A stretch of DNA of 64,000 bases from Euryarchaeota archaeon UBA552 (GTDB lineage Archaea > Thermoplasmatota > Poseidoniia > Poseidoniales > Thalassarchaeaceae): assembly GCA_002499585.1 (NCBI GenBank), contig DAMH01000009.1, positions 3,396 through 67,395 of the forward strand, in the 5' to 3' direction. The notes under the pieces are model-generated. The model did no database searches. It was given only the letters and a program-made list of their open reading frames with translations, and was not told where the DNA came from. Position numbers and translations under genes: made by a program. Below, piece after piece: positions 45,856-55,817 of this stretch. Position 1 is the first letter of the stretch, and each line of letters opens with the position of its first letter.

Positions 45856-47100
45856 ATGGCTAAAATTAGAACTTTCCCTGAAGATTTTCAGGTTGACGAA
45901 CAAGAACCGAAACCGGGACTGGTCGTCAGAGCAGATCCCAACCAACCATTCATCGTCTTCAGGCTACGGAAAAAGGGGTGGGAGACTCAAGCTCTTCTGG
46001 CGAAAATTTCGAAAGACAGAGGAATCCCCCCCTCTGCATGGGGTCTTTCTGGGCTGAAAGACAAGAGGTCTGTCACCACCCAGTTAGTATCCCTCCCTCA
46101 TAGATACGCTCCTGATAGAGTCATATCTGGAAAAGACTGGGAACTAGTTTTCTTTGGTGGGTCCAATCGCCCACTGAAGTCGGGAGACCACCAGGGAAAT
46201 ATGTTCAACATACTAGTCCGGGACATCACCAATCGCGGGGTACAACTTCTCCCTGGTCGAATTTCTCAAATGAAAAAGATAGGGATACCAAATTGGTTTG
46301 ACTCTCAGAGGTTTGGATCAGCATCTAGAGGACAACTGCCTGGGAGTTTTGTCGTGCAAGGCGATTTAATCGGAGCCATGAAGATCCATTTGACAGGACC
46401 ACAAAAATTCGACAGATCTTCTAGAAGGAGAGATAAAAATCGATTAAGTGAGATATGGCCAAATATCCATAAAATCGACGCTAATTCGCTTGAATACAGA
46501 CCTTTTGCTAGGATTCTCAAAGCTTGGAAAACCCCCAACTCTTCAACAGATGAATCAGCAAGACTAGCCTATCAAGCAGTACCAAAATCCCTGAGAGGCC
46601 TTTGGCTATCTTCTTGGCAGTCAGCATTATGGAATGACGCACTGAGGGAAATCTTACATTCAGCGTATGAGAATCATCTTCTTAGGTCTGTAGAAATTGG
46701 TGTTGGCGGCCCTGTAATATACCCAGAGGCCCCGGTTGGAAGAAGGGGAAAATCAAAACACTCTCTGGTTCAGAGCATATCGAGGGTACTTGGATCCATC
46801 CCCAAAGTCCTAGAAATGCCTACACCATTCCCAAATGAAAATCGGCTTGTGCACCCAACTATTTCCAGAAGGATCTCTAAAACATCACCAAAATCCCTGG
46901 AGGTATTAGAGGATCTAAAAATTAAGATCGCCACATTCGACCGTGAGACTGTGATATTTCCTAATGATTTTAGTTGGGATGACCCTGAAATAGATGACGT
47001 TCATGGATCTCCCAAACATAAGAGATGGAAATGTAAGATTTCGTTTAAGCTGCCGAATGGGGCCTACGCAACAAATGTGGTCAGACGACTTTTTGATTGA
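45856..47100 (+). CDS. truD: tRNA pseudouridine synthase TruD/Pus7 family
   Basis: FPEDFQVDE N-terminus, catalytic-Asp motif GLKDKRSVTTQ, NWFDSQRFG. Confidence 0.85.
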   Translation: MAKIRTFPEDFQVDEQEPKPGLVVRADPNQPFIVFRLRKKGWETQALLAKISKDRGIPPSAWGLSGLKDKRSVTTQLVSLPHRYAPDRVISGKDWELVFFGGSNRPLKSGDHQGNMFNILVRDITNRGVQLLPGRISQMKKIGIPNWFDSQRFGSASRGQLPGSFVVQGDLIGAMKIHLTGPQKFDRSSRRRDKNRLSEIWPNIHKIDANSLEYRPFARILKAWKTPNSSTDESARLAYQAVPKSLRGLWLSSWQSALWNDALREILHSAYENHLLRSVEIGVGGPVIYPEAPVGRRGKSKHSLVQSISRVLGSIPKVLEMPTPFPNENRLVHPTISRRISKTSPKSLEVLEDLKIKIATFDRETVIFPNDFSWDDPEIDDVHGSPKHKRWKCKISFKLPNGAYATNVVRRLFD

Positions 47101-47106
47101 TAATGG

Positions 47107-47844
47107 TTAATCCTCTAGCAATCTTCCTAACATTTCAATTACCCCTTTGGGGCCTTTATTTCTGGTTATTGAAGTGGCCGATGACTTGACAACGTCGAGA
47201 TGATCATCTACCGCCACTGAAAACCCTGTCAGGTTAAACATTGGAACATCATTCAGCGCATCCCCACATGACAGGACCCGTTCTGGTTCAACCCCCCTTC
47301 TTGGAAGCATTATTTCTAGCGCTGTCCTCTTGTTAATTCCTGTCTCTGTGACATGGATTGCAAATCCCGTCCCAACAATCCGGAGATCGGAGAATTCAGA
47401 TTCCTTCAGTAGCTCCCTCATTTTTCCTATATCCTGTGGTCCTGATATGCACCATTCGGTTTCCCTCCATCTGTTTGACTCTATACCTCGGGGGTCAATC
47501 GAATTGATTTTTGTTGATAGCCATTCAATGGATTCCCTGCACCTATCGCCATTGGCTCGCAGCTCTATTTGCTGTCCTTTTGGACCGTCCCACAAAACTC
47601 CTCCATTCTCTGCGATGATAAACCCAGAAAGGCCAAGGGCTTGATGTATAGGCGTGAGGTTCGGCAGCGTCCGACCTGAGGCCAATGAGACCGTGACCCC
47701 CCTTTCTTCAACACTCTTCACTAGTTTGATCAGGCCTGGTACCATCCCCCCTCTGTCCATCAGAGTACCATCTACATCGAACACAATCATGTCAATTTCA
47801 TCAATTCCGGGAATGTCCAGACCACCCTCAGTCGGTACGACCAT
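47107..47844 (-). CDS. HAD-IIB (Cof/phosphoglycolate-phosphatase-type) hydrolase
   Basis: Motif I VFDVDGTLMD, motif II SLASGR, motif IV CGDALNDVPMF. Confidence 0.75.
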   Translation of the reverse strand: MVVPTEGGLDIPGIDEIDMIVFDVDGTLMDRGGMVPGLIKLVKSVEERGVTVSLASGRTLPNLTPIHQALGLSGFIIAENGGVLWDGPKGQQIELRANGDRCRESIEWLSTKINSIDPRGIESNRWRETEWCISGPQDIGKMRELLKESEFSDLRIVGTGFAIHVTETGINKRTALEIMLPRRGVEPERVLSCGDALNDVPMFNLTGFSVAVDDHLDVVKSSATSITRNKGPKGVIEMLGRLLED

Positions 47845-47896
47845 GCCCCTCGGGATAAACCGCAGTTTGAAGTTCTACGGGCTCACATAGCAATAC

Positions 47897-50479
47897 ATGG
47901 GGCCAGATGCCGGAGGTAATGGGGGAAACAGAAAACCCGGTTCTCCATTCAGATCTGATGATTTCAAACTGGGTGATGAGATTTATTTTTTACCTTCAGA
48001 TGAGACGGACTCTGACGATGGGGTTTCTAACCTATCACCAGACGGTATTACGGAGTTTGAGTGGGGTCTTAGAGGCCTAGACTGTCCAGATTGCGCCATG
48101 AAGGCGACGACAGTCCTCAAGAGAGTACCGGGAGTAAAAGAAGCGGTAGTCTCTGCGACAGAGGGTAGAGTCAGGCTGAAGATGGATGTCTCTACGGGGA
48201 GAACTTCCAGGGCAAGTTCAGTCCTCTCTGGATTAGGGCACACTCCAGATATCGGTTGGGAGGAGGTAATAGGAGTGGTACCCACTATTGCCGCGGCGTC
48301 TATTGGTATTGACAGATATCAGCTCATGGAAAGAATCCTTGAGGTTCCAGGGGTGTTGGATGTGAGGACGGAAAACGCTGTTCTCGAAATAATAAGAACA
48401 CCGATCAGAGACCTGAGAATTAGGAATTACTCCGGGGCCAAGCTCAACTCAATATTAGGCGGTCATTTCAGAACAAGGCCATCTCAAGTTATCAGGCTCA
48501 GAGACGATCAAAAACAACTCATATCCGCTCTCTTGACAATACCTGCTCTGTTGGTCTTAGTCACTCTGGACTACATTGGTGTGCATGGATTCATATCTTC
48601 GATTTTTACAATGTTTATTGTCATGGCTGCCGGCCAACAGATGTTCAAAACAGCAATTTCAAGCCTTTTTAACATGGTTTTCGGCTTTCAACTTCTTACA
48701 TCAATGGCAGTGTTGGGAGCGTTTTTGATGGGGGAGTGGATTGAGGCTGTAATTGTGACAGGTTTGGTCGCCTTGGCGTCCTATATCGAAGAGAGGACCC
48801 TGACTGAAGCTAGAAAAGCCATGCAAGGAGGGTTAGATAGATTGCCAAACTCTGCAAGGGTAGTGTCCGATAACGATGGTAACATCATTGAGAACATGGA
48901 ACATGGAGATGGCATGACTCCAATCGATGGGGTAATAACAGGAGATCTAATTGAGATTAGGTCTGGAGAAGTAGTTCCTGTGGATGGGAGAGTGGTGGAT
49001 GGGAACGGACTGATAAACAAAGCACCTCTGACCGGAGAACCACTCCCTGTGCCCGTTGGTATGGGTGATTCAATAGAGGCAGGTCTGACACTGGTTCGAG
49101 GTCCATTAGTCATCGAGACGGTGGATGTTGGTCAGGCGACAAGGTTGTACTCTCTGATAGAAATGGTGAGGAGATATCGAGAAACTCCCTCCCGAACACA
49201 GACCATCATCGAAAAATTCACCGCAACATGGGTGCCATTTGTACTAATATCCTCAATCATGTACGGGTTATATTCCGGAAACATGGTCGCGACGCTAATA
49301 CTCTGGGTAGTATCATGTCCGTGCGCATTACTCCTCGCCGCTCCTGTTCCACATGCCACTGCTTTATCCGCTGCGTCTGCCGCTGGAGTAGTCGCTCGAG
49401 GAGGGGATATAATTGAAAACATCGCCAGTGCCAACCTAGTCCTACTCGACAAGACAGGGACCCTAACCTCAGGTACACCGAGAATTCACTCTATTGAAAC
49501 AATAAGGGGGATAGATGACAAAACCGCGCTATCTATTGCCGCTGCCTTGGAAAGGAGAAGTAATCATCCATATGCAGAAACAATAAGAAAAGAAGCCATA
49601 GAAATGTCATTGGAAACCAAAGTAGCACGGGAAATAGCAGATGGCGAGGCAGGGGTAAGTGGTATCATTGATAGTATCAGAGCAGCTTTTGGGTCTCCAG
49701 CTTGGATAAAAAAACAAGGTTTCAGACCAAACTCAAGGTTGGAGGAAATTGCCAAGAATGCATCAAAAAACGGATTGGGTTGCAGTCTTCTTTCTTACGA
49801 AGGACGTGTAATCGCCCTATTCACATTCATAAATGATGATCATAGAGCTGGTGCAGATACCCTCGTTAAATCTCTGAGGGCCAACAAGATGGAAGTTCAG
49901 ATCCTATCTGGGGATCAACAGGGTGCAGTTGAGAAATTTGGATCCAGCCTCGGCATACCTCCCTCCAAATGCAGGGGGGGAGTCACGCCAGAAGAGAAAG
50001 CAAAGATTGTTGATGATTTGACAAATGCCAGAGTTACTCTGATGGCGGGGGATGGTTTCAATGACTCAGGCGCACTTGCAGCTGCAAGTGTAGGAATTGC
50101 GATGGGATCTGGAGAACAAATAAATTTGGAAGCCGCAGATGTCCTCATACCGGGCCAGGATCCCATGACTATAGCCAAATTAGTTCAGATATCCAAGAGG
50201 ACCAGGAAGAGAGTATCGTTTAACATTGCAATCTCGATGACAGTTACCGCCGTACTAGTTTTGACAACAATGTTTGGAATAAATTCTAGCATAGCTATCG
50301 GCATAGCACTGCACGAAGCATCAGTATTCATTGTCATATTGAATGGCATGCTAGTAAAGGATTCAGGTGAGTCGCCGACAAGAGTCGTGAAATCAGTTCT
50401 CACTCAACTCACAAAGGATATATTCGATTCATTTGCGATTATCAAACCAAATTTACGGAATCCTGCGACCACTTCATGA
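47897..50479 (+). CDS. heavy-metal-translocating P1B-type ATPase
   Basis: HMA domain GLDCPDCAMKATTVL, TM6 SCPCALLLAAP, phosphorylation site LDKTGTLT, hinge MAGDGFNDSGALAAASVGIAMG. Confidence 0.9.
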   Translation: MGPDAGGNGGNRKPGSPFRSDDFKLGDEIYFLPSDETDSDDGVSNLSPDGITEFEWGLRGLDCPDCAMKATTVLKRVPGVKEAVVSATEGRVRLKMDVSTGRTSRASSVLSGLGHTPDIGWEEVIGVVPTIAAASIGIDRYQLMERILEVPGVLDVRTENAVLEIIRTPIRDLRIRNYSGAKLNSILGGHFRTRPSQVIRLRDDQKQLISALLTIPALLVLVTLDYIGVHGFISSIFTMFIVMAAGQQMFKTAISSLFNMVFGFQLLTSMAVLGAFLMGEWIEAVIVTGLVALASYIEERTLTEARKAMQGGLDRLPNSARVVSDNDGNIIENMEHGDGMTPIDGVITGDLIEIRSGEVVPVDGRVVDGNGLINKAPLTGEPLPVPVGMGDSIEAGLTLVRGPLVIETVDVGQATRLYSLIEMVRRYRETPSRTQTIIEKFTATWVPFVLISSIMYGLYSGNMVATLILWVVSCPCALLLAAPVPHATALSAASAAGVVARGGDIIENIASANLVLLDKTGTLTSGTPRIHSIETIRGIDDKTALSIAAALERRSNHPYAETIRKEAIEMSLETKVAREIADGEAGVSGIIDSIRAAFGSPAWIKKQGFRPNSRLEEIAKNASKNGLGCSLLSYEGRVIALFTFINDDHRAGADTLVKSLRANKMEVQILSGDQQGAVEKFGSSLGIPPSKCRGGVTPEEKAKIVDDLTNARVTLMAGDGFNDSGALAAASVGIAMGSGEQINLEAADVLIPGQDPMTIAKLVQISKRTRKRVSFNIAISMTVTAVLVLTTMFGINSSIAIGIALHEASVFIVILNGMLVKDSGESPTRVVKSVLTQLTKDIFDSFAIIKPNLRNPATTS

Positions 50480-50495
50480 ATGAGAACACACAGGA

Positions 50496-50894
50496 TTGGC
50501 TGTGGATGGCGTATCTGAGATCGAGTCCAAGGTAGCCCCTCCCATCGCAAGATGCGCTCATTGTCAGGGAATGCTGCCCCTAGGTCTCGGAGACAAGACC
50601 TGTACTCTCTGTGGGGCCATTTGTCGTGTAACACATGAAAGGACCTTAATCGATCTCAGAGAGGAGAAAATAACTTGTCCAAAATGCTCCACAATCGTAA
50701 TTGCCGGTACCGAAGAAAGGCCGGTAGATCTAATCTGTGGATCTTGTCAATCTCCTTTTCGTATTACTCCAAAGATAGTGAAAGTGGAGATAGGATGTCC
50801 TTCTTGCGACCGCCTGTTAAGATTGAAACCTAGACCCGGAACTAGGAATATCAACTGTCCTGCGTGCAAGAGTGAATTTTCTGTGACGTTCTGA
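50496..50894 (+). CDS. triple zinc-ribbon protein, function unknown
   Basis: Three CxxC...CxxC modules: CAHCQG..CTLCG, CPKCS..CGSCQ and CPSCD..CPACK. The start is non-ATG (TTG 50496 or GTG 50502), 17 nt after the ATPase stop. Confidence 0.55.
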   Translation: MAVDGVSEIESKVAPPIARCAHCQGMLPLGLGDKTCTLCGAICRVTHERTLIDLREEKITCPKCSTIVIAGTEERPVDLICGSCQSPFRITPKIVKVEIGCPSCDRLLRLKPRPGTRNINCPACKSEFSVTF

Positions 50895-50945
50895 AACATC
50901 AGGGGCATTGAATACTGTGGACCTCCTCGGAATACCCCCGAGCGT

Positions 50946-52004
50946 GTGGTTATGAGTGGCTCAGAGAGTATCGACAATGCCTCTGAAGAGCTCCAAGCAA
51001 TACGGAGAGAGACAATAGATCGAATCAAGAACAGCCGTCAGATAACAACAGATCCGAACTCACTGACATTGGCTTCCGATGCGATTAGGCCCGATGTTAA
51101 TTTAGCGCTTTCAGAAACAGTAGCAAGGTTAGACGAAGCGCGAAGAATCATTCAAAATACAAATTATCTTCGAATTGAAGACGGTCTCCGCCGTTTGAGT
51201 TATGATCAAGATGAAATCGAAGAAAACGAAATATCCATTCTTGAAAAAAGGGTAATTTCAGCCGAAGAGAGGCGTCAGAAAATAGATATGGAGACCAGAC
51301 TGGCCTCCCAGGAGAGAAAATTCAGAGACCTCCTCGATATGGAGAGGAAGAGAATCTCATCAACATTATCCTCTGACATCAGGGAGCGAGTTTCCAAGGT
51401 CATTGAAAAAGAGTTTAACCAGAGGTTAGATGCAATGAAAAATAGAATGGAGATTGAGCAAAAATCAGAAATTCGCAGATTGGAAAGGAGGTTAGAAGCC
51501 GAATTCTACGATTTATACTCAAAATCTTCTGATATCAAGATTGATGCCAAAAGGGTTGAGCTACAGAGTGAAATGCGAAATCGTTTGCATTCATTCAGAA
51601 TTAGGCGTGAGGCAGAGCTTGAGAAGGAAATTGAGGATAGGAGACGGAGAACTCAAAGAGACAACGAGTTGGCGTTGAGAGGTGAGATTAAATCACTGGA
51701 AGCCGATGCACAACAAGAAATTGACGAGGAGCTTCAATTGTGGTACGAGGCAGAGATGAAATCTATGGGGAAGATAGAAATCATGAAAAAAAGAGAGATA
51801 TTTCTGACAAAAGCAGCAGAAATGGAGCGAAGAATCGAAGATCTCCGATCGAGAAAGATATCTAAGTTGAGAGAAAAAATCAGGAAGATGACTAAAGTTT
51901 CACACCATGGTTTCAATGTTAAAAAAATAGAGAATGAAATCATTAATGAATGGGATAGAATTTCAGATAAAATCCTAGATGGCTTAGACCTCGATCACCC
52001 ATGA
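50946..52004 (+). CDS. E/R/K-rich coiled-coil protein, function unknown
   Basis: About 350 aa, almost entirely charged heptad-like sequence (EERRQKIDMETRLASQERKFRDLLDMERKR, EIRRLERRLEAEF, ELEKEIEDRRRRTQRDNE). ATG at 50952 or GTG at 50946. The 3' end overlaps the convergent parA-like gene by 10 nt. Confidence 0.55.
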   Translation: MVMSGSESIDNASEELQAIRRETIDRIKNSRQITTDPNSLTLASDAIRPDVNLALSETVARLDEARRIIQNTNYLRIEDGLRRLSYDQDEIEENEISILEKRVISAEERRQKIDMETRLASQERKFRDLLDMERKRISSTLSSDIRERVSKVIEKEFNQRLDAMKNRMEIEQKSEIRRLERRLEAEFYDLYSKSSDIKIDAKRVELQSEMRNRLHSFRIRREAELEKEIEDRRRRTQRDNELALRGEIKSLEADAQQEIDEELQLWYEAEMKSMGKIEIMKKREIFLTKAAEMERRIEDLRSRKISKLREKIRKMTKVSHHGFNVKKIENEIINEWDRISDKILDGLDLDHP

Positions 52005-52912
52005 TGTCCCCCTGAAATCATTCTCAACCGCTCATTCACATCACCTGCCAGATCCCAGTAAGCAAGGCTACCAGGGTGTCTTTTTATTGCACTCTGGGTG
52101 AGACTTACAGGAGCCCCGTATAGCGGGGCCTCTGCAACAGAGATGCTCCTAGGAATAGCCGTTCTGAGTATCCGGCCCCCGAAATGCCTCGCTGCTGAGT
52201 CCGCGACCTCTCTTCCGAGGTTTGAACCCGATTGAACCATGGTCAAGGCAATTCCCAGAAGGCGTAGTGAGGGGTTTACTGCACTCTGGACCCTTCTCAA
52301 GGTGTCCAGTAATTGCCCCATACTTTCCAGAGCATAGAACTCTGCTTGTATGGGGATCAGAAGCCAATCTGCTGCAGTCAAGGCATTAATTGTCAGAAGA
52401 CCCAACGAGGCTGGAGTATCAATGATGATCAGGTCAAATTGGTCCATTGCACTCTCCAGTGCAATTTTTAGTCTGTGCTCTCTGCCTATCTTCATCGCTA
52501 ATTCTATTTCTATTCCCGATAGGTCAAGATCTGCTGGCAAAAGAGACAAACGGTCCACTTTGTGGTGCTTAGGAGGTCCTTTTGATTTGGTTGGATTTTG
52601 TTTTTTCCAAGCCCTTTTCATCCAAAGCGTCAGATTGTCTGGAGATATTATGAAGGGACTACTATCGATTTTTGAACCATCTATAACCTTCTGAAAAAGA
52701 CTATTCATTGTTTGTCCGAGACTGTTCTTTTCAACGCCGAAAGTCGTTGCGACGTTACCTCTTGGATCGAGATCCACGATCAAAACCCTTCTTGGTGGAA
52801 TCCCTCTATCGCCATCTCCCATTGAAAGGGAGACTCCTAGGTTTGTGACTGTGGTTGTCTTCCCACAACCACCTTTGTGATTCACCACGGAGATAACCGT
52901 CGCACGTGCCAT
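51995..52912 (-). CDS. second Soj/ParA-family ATPase (orphan) with an internal basic insertion
   Basis: MARATVISVVNHKGGCGKTTTVTNLGVSL, VLIVDLDPRGNVATTFG, LIIIDTPASLGLLTINAL. The insert is WMKRAWKKQNPTKSKGPPKHHKV. ATG 52912 is preferred; GTG 52951 would overlap the moxR stop. Confidence 0.8.
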   Translation of the reverse strand: MARATVISVVNHKGGCGKTTTVTNLGVSLSMGDGDRGIPPRRVLIVDLDPRGNVATTFGVEKNSLGQTMNSLFQKVIDGSKIDSSPFIISPDNLTLWMKRAWKKQNPTKSKGPPKHHKVDRLSLLPADLDLSGIEIELAMKIGREHRLKIALESAMDQFDLIIIDTPASLGLLTINALTAADWLLIPIQAEFYALESMGQLLDTLRRVQSAVNPSLRLLGIALTMVQSGSNLGREVADSAARHFGGRILRTAIPRSISVAEAPLYGAPVSLTQSAIKRHPGSLAYWDLAGDVNERLRMISGGHHG

Positions 52913-52947
52913 GAAACGTGCAGAGCATGAGGGTGATTTGTATTTGC

Positions 52948-53946
52948 TCACTGGACTACAGGAACTGGAACTTCGGAAATTACCTTCCTGACAATGTGCT
53001 CCCCGGTAATGCCCCTTATTTTCGATTCGGGTTTTAGGACAATTCTGTGGCTTACAACATCAAGTGCTACACGTTTGACATCATCAGGGATAACGTAATC
53101 CCTTCCATCAATTGCAGCACTGGCTCGGGCTGTCTTGAACAAAGACTGACTCGCTCTTGGAGAAGCACCAGTTACAACTCTATGATCCTCTCTTGTTCGA
53201 TGTACTAATTCGACGATATATGTTAAAATCGCAGCATCTACATGCACCGTCTCAAGTGCTTTTTGCATTGCTACCACTTTCTTTGGACTGGTTATGGTCT
53301 CAACATCGTGATCGTCCTTGCCCCTCAGTTTCCTTCGTTGGAGTATGGACTTTTCTTCTTGTCGATCTGGGTAGCCCATTGACATCTTCATTAGAAAACG
53401 ATCCATCTGAGCTTCTGGTAGCGGATAAGTACCCTCCTGTTCGATGGGGTTTTGCGTGGCTATGGTGATGAAAGGTGCCGGTAGCTTGTGGGTGATCCCC
53501 TCAATCGTGACTTGCTTCTCTTCCATTGCTTCCAGAAGTGCTGCTTGAGTCTTTGGCGGAGCACGATTGATTTCGTCCGCAAGGAGGACATTGGTAAACA
53601 ACGGTCCGGGCCTGAGTTTGAATTCCCCCGCCTGCTGGTCGTACATGTAAGTTCCCATTATGTCAGCTGGAAGTAGATCTGGAGTGAATTGTACGCGTTT
53701 GAACTTGCATCCAAGGGCAGTTGCGAATGTATTAGCCATCAAAGTCTTGGCTAGGCCGGGAAAGTCTTCCAAAAGCATATTTCCGTTTGATAGGACTCCC
53801 ACAGCAATTTTTCGCAGATTCTCTTCTTTGCCTATGATTACCTTGGAGACCTCACCCATTAGGTTGTTCGAAATCATAGACACTGTTTGAATGAGTTCTC
53901 TTGAATTTGGATCGCTCGCTGCCATCGCCATGGTGAAACCCTGCAT
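52948..53946 (-). CDS. MoxR-family AAA+ ATPase
   Basis: VIIGKEENLRKIAVGVLSNGNMLLEDFPGLAKTLMANTFA (Walker A variant), LLADEINRAPPKTQAALLEAMEE (Walker B/sensor). First ATG at 53946; the track start 54012 is a TTG overlapping infB. Confidence 0.85.
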   Translation of the reverse strand: MQGFTMAMAASDPNSRELIQTVSMISNNLMGEVSKVIIGKEENLRKIAVGVLSNGNMLLEDFPGLAKTLMANTFATALGCKFKRVQFTPDLLPADIMGTYMYDQQAGEFKLRPGPLFTNVLLADEINRAPPKTQAALLEAMEEKQVTIEGITHKLPAPFITIATQNPIEQEGTYPLPEAQMDRFLMKMSMGYPDRQEEKSILQRRKLRGKDDHDVETITSPKKVVAMQKALETVHVDAAILTYIVELVHRTREDHRVVTGASPRASQSLFKTARASAAIDGRDYVIPDDVKRVALDVVSHRIVLKPESKIRGITGEHIVRKVISEVPVPVVQ

Positions 53947-53999
53947 CGAACCGCGTACAACCGCATTAAAGGGTTGGGGGGCAATGGAACACTCGTAGC

Positions 54000-55775
54000 T
54001 CAACGTCCCCAAAAGTGATCTTCACGACGATGGATTTGTAGCAATTCCTCCAGAATCTCTTGTTCAGAGGCACTGAGACTCATTTTACGCAACCGCTTAG
54101 CGTGATTCTCAGGCACATCTACGAGCATCGTATCTTCCTCGGATATTTGCCTGCCGACGGTGACTCCATCTATTGCGACTGCGACCTCATCCCCCTGCTT
54201 AGCTTCTTTTTTTGTTTCATCTCCGACCCTTATCGATTTTATCTGCCCAACAACGACCCCGTCCTTGAGAAGCTTCTGGCCAATGTGTATCCTGCCCCCT
54301 AATACCCTGACCCCGATTACTGCTGGCTTACTCACTCTGAATGTGTGGTCAGGCAGAAAGAGGACCCTGCCAGGGTAAACCGTCTTTTCTCTGGACTCTT
54401 CTTCTAGTTCCCTAGCTCGTTCCGAAACCCATTCTTCTCGATGTTCCAGAATGTGATAGATAATATCCGAGCATATGACCTTCAGACCATTTTCATTCTT
54501 GTCAATCTCATGTTGGGCTTCTGGTAAAACGGTTGTTGAAAATCCAAGAATAAGCCTGTGTAAGGGGTCTGAGGAGGATTCGACACTCCTGACATCCTTT
54601 CTCCCGATTTTTCCGATCGATGCTGATCTTATAGGCACTCCAACCTCTTTCAACTCAGCAGCCAATGCTTCAAGACCACCTACTGTGTCTGATTTTATGC
54701 AGACACCCTCTTCTTCGATCTCGAGACTGAGTCTACCCTCCTCATTTGCAAGATTAAGCGCTCTTTCCCGTTCATCAGCATCTGAAACAACCCGTAACGT
54801 GGTGCCTGCGAGAACCCCATCCAAGTCTGGAGCTGACAGCTTCAGACCTGAAGCTGCTTCTGCATTCTCAGTATCGTTCCAACGGTCTCCTGCATCCCGC
54901 ATTTCCGACATACCCCTGGGTTTGAAAAGCCCTCTAACGGTTGTTGCAACCCCTCCCTCGGATGTCACCAGAACTATTTCATCTCCCTTTGATATTGAGC
55001 CTCTGTGAAGGATGACGTCGAGCGTCCTCCCCAATCCTCTCTCTTCCTTCATCTCGAGCACTGTCCCCTCTCCTGGACCGTCCACATCTGATAACTGATC
55101 TGACAAATACCTCTCAGCAAGACCTATGACAACTGCCAACAGATCTTGTATCCCCTCCCCCTCTTTGGCTGAAATCGGGACCAGTGCAATCTCCTTTGTG
55201 AAATCCTTGATTCGGTCATACCTTTCCAGATTAAATCCGTATTCTCCGAATCCTCCTACCAGATTCCAGAAGGACTGATCTAGAAATCCAAGAGCATCTT
55301 GTGTTTGATTTCTCATTGAAGCAGCCATAGGACGCCCTTCGACACTTTTCCATCCATGAATCCTGTCGACTTTGTTACCGGCTACAACAAACGGTGTTTT
55401 TGCCTTTTTTAGAATTCTAATACTCTCGACGGTCTGTGGTCTCAAACCTTCCCTGAGGTCAACGACTAGTATCGCGATGTCCGCAAGGGAACCGCCTCTG
55501 TTCCTGAGAGTAGAGAAAGAGTGATGACCTGGGGTGTCTATGAACAACAAACCCGGTGAGTCGAATGACCGCCCTCCAAGTAATGGTCCGCAAAGGGAAT
55601 TCAACAAGATGGAAGGGACTTCTGTTGCACCAATGTGCTGCGTTATCCCGCCTGCTTCCCTGTCCATCACCGAAGCCTGTCTGTCAGAGCCTAATGACCG
55701 AATGTGGTCCAAAAGACTTGTTTTACCATGATCCACATGGCCGAGTACCGCCACTATTGGTTGCCTTCTTCCCAT
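54000..55775 (-). CDS. infB: translation initiation factor aIF5B (IF-2 homologue), no intein
   Basis: VAVLGHVDHGKTSLLD, FIDTPGHHSF, GNKVD. 591 aa, downstream of ndk as in many archaea. Confidence 0.9.
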   Translation of the reverse strand: MGRRQPIVAVLGHVDHGKTSLLDHIRSLGSDRQASVMDREAGGITQHIGATEVPSILLNSLCGPLLGGRSFDSPGLLFIDTPGHHSFSTLRNRGGSLADIAILVVDLREGLRPQTVESIRILKKAKTPFVVAGNKVDRIHGWKSVEGRPMAASMRNQTQDALGFLDQSFWNLVGGFGEYGFNLERYDRIKDFTKEIALVPISAKEGEGIQDLLAVVIGLAERYLSDQLSDVDGPGEGTVLEMKEERGLGRTLDVILHRGSISKGDEIVLVTSEGGVATTVRGLFKPRGMSEMRDAGDRWNDTENAEAASGLKLSAPDLDGVLAGTTLRVVSDADERERALNLANEEGRLSLEIEEEGVCIKSDTVGGLEALAAELKEVGVPIRSASIGKIGRKDVRSVESSSDPLHRLILGFSTTVLPEAQHEIDKNENGLKVICSDIIYHILEHREEWVSERARELEEESREKTVYPGRVLFLPDHTFRVSKPAVIGVRVLGGRIHIGQKLLKDGVVVGQIKSIRVGDETKKEAKQGDEVAVAIDGVTVGRQISEEDTMLVDVPENHAKRLRKMSLSASEQEILEELLQIHRREDHFWGR

Positions 55776-55817
55776 TGTAGCACCGCACCATGAAGTTCCA
55801 TCCCTAGATTTTTAATT

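Noticed and set aside
54475-55008. A 177-aa ORF antisense to infB. Similar long antisense ORFs occur at 60899..61324 and 61706..62140 (inside the PIN gene), 24513..24875, 53157..53468, 35210..35641 and 48781..49113.
   Set aside because: Each lies entirely inside a strongly supported gene on the other strand and translates to Ser/Pro/Arg-rich sequence with no motifs.
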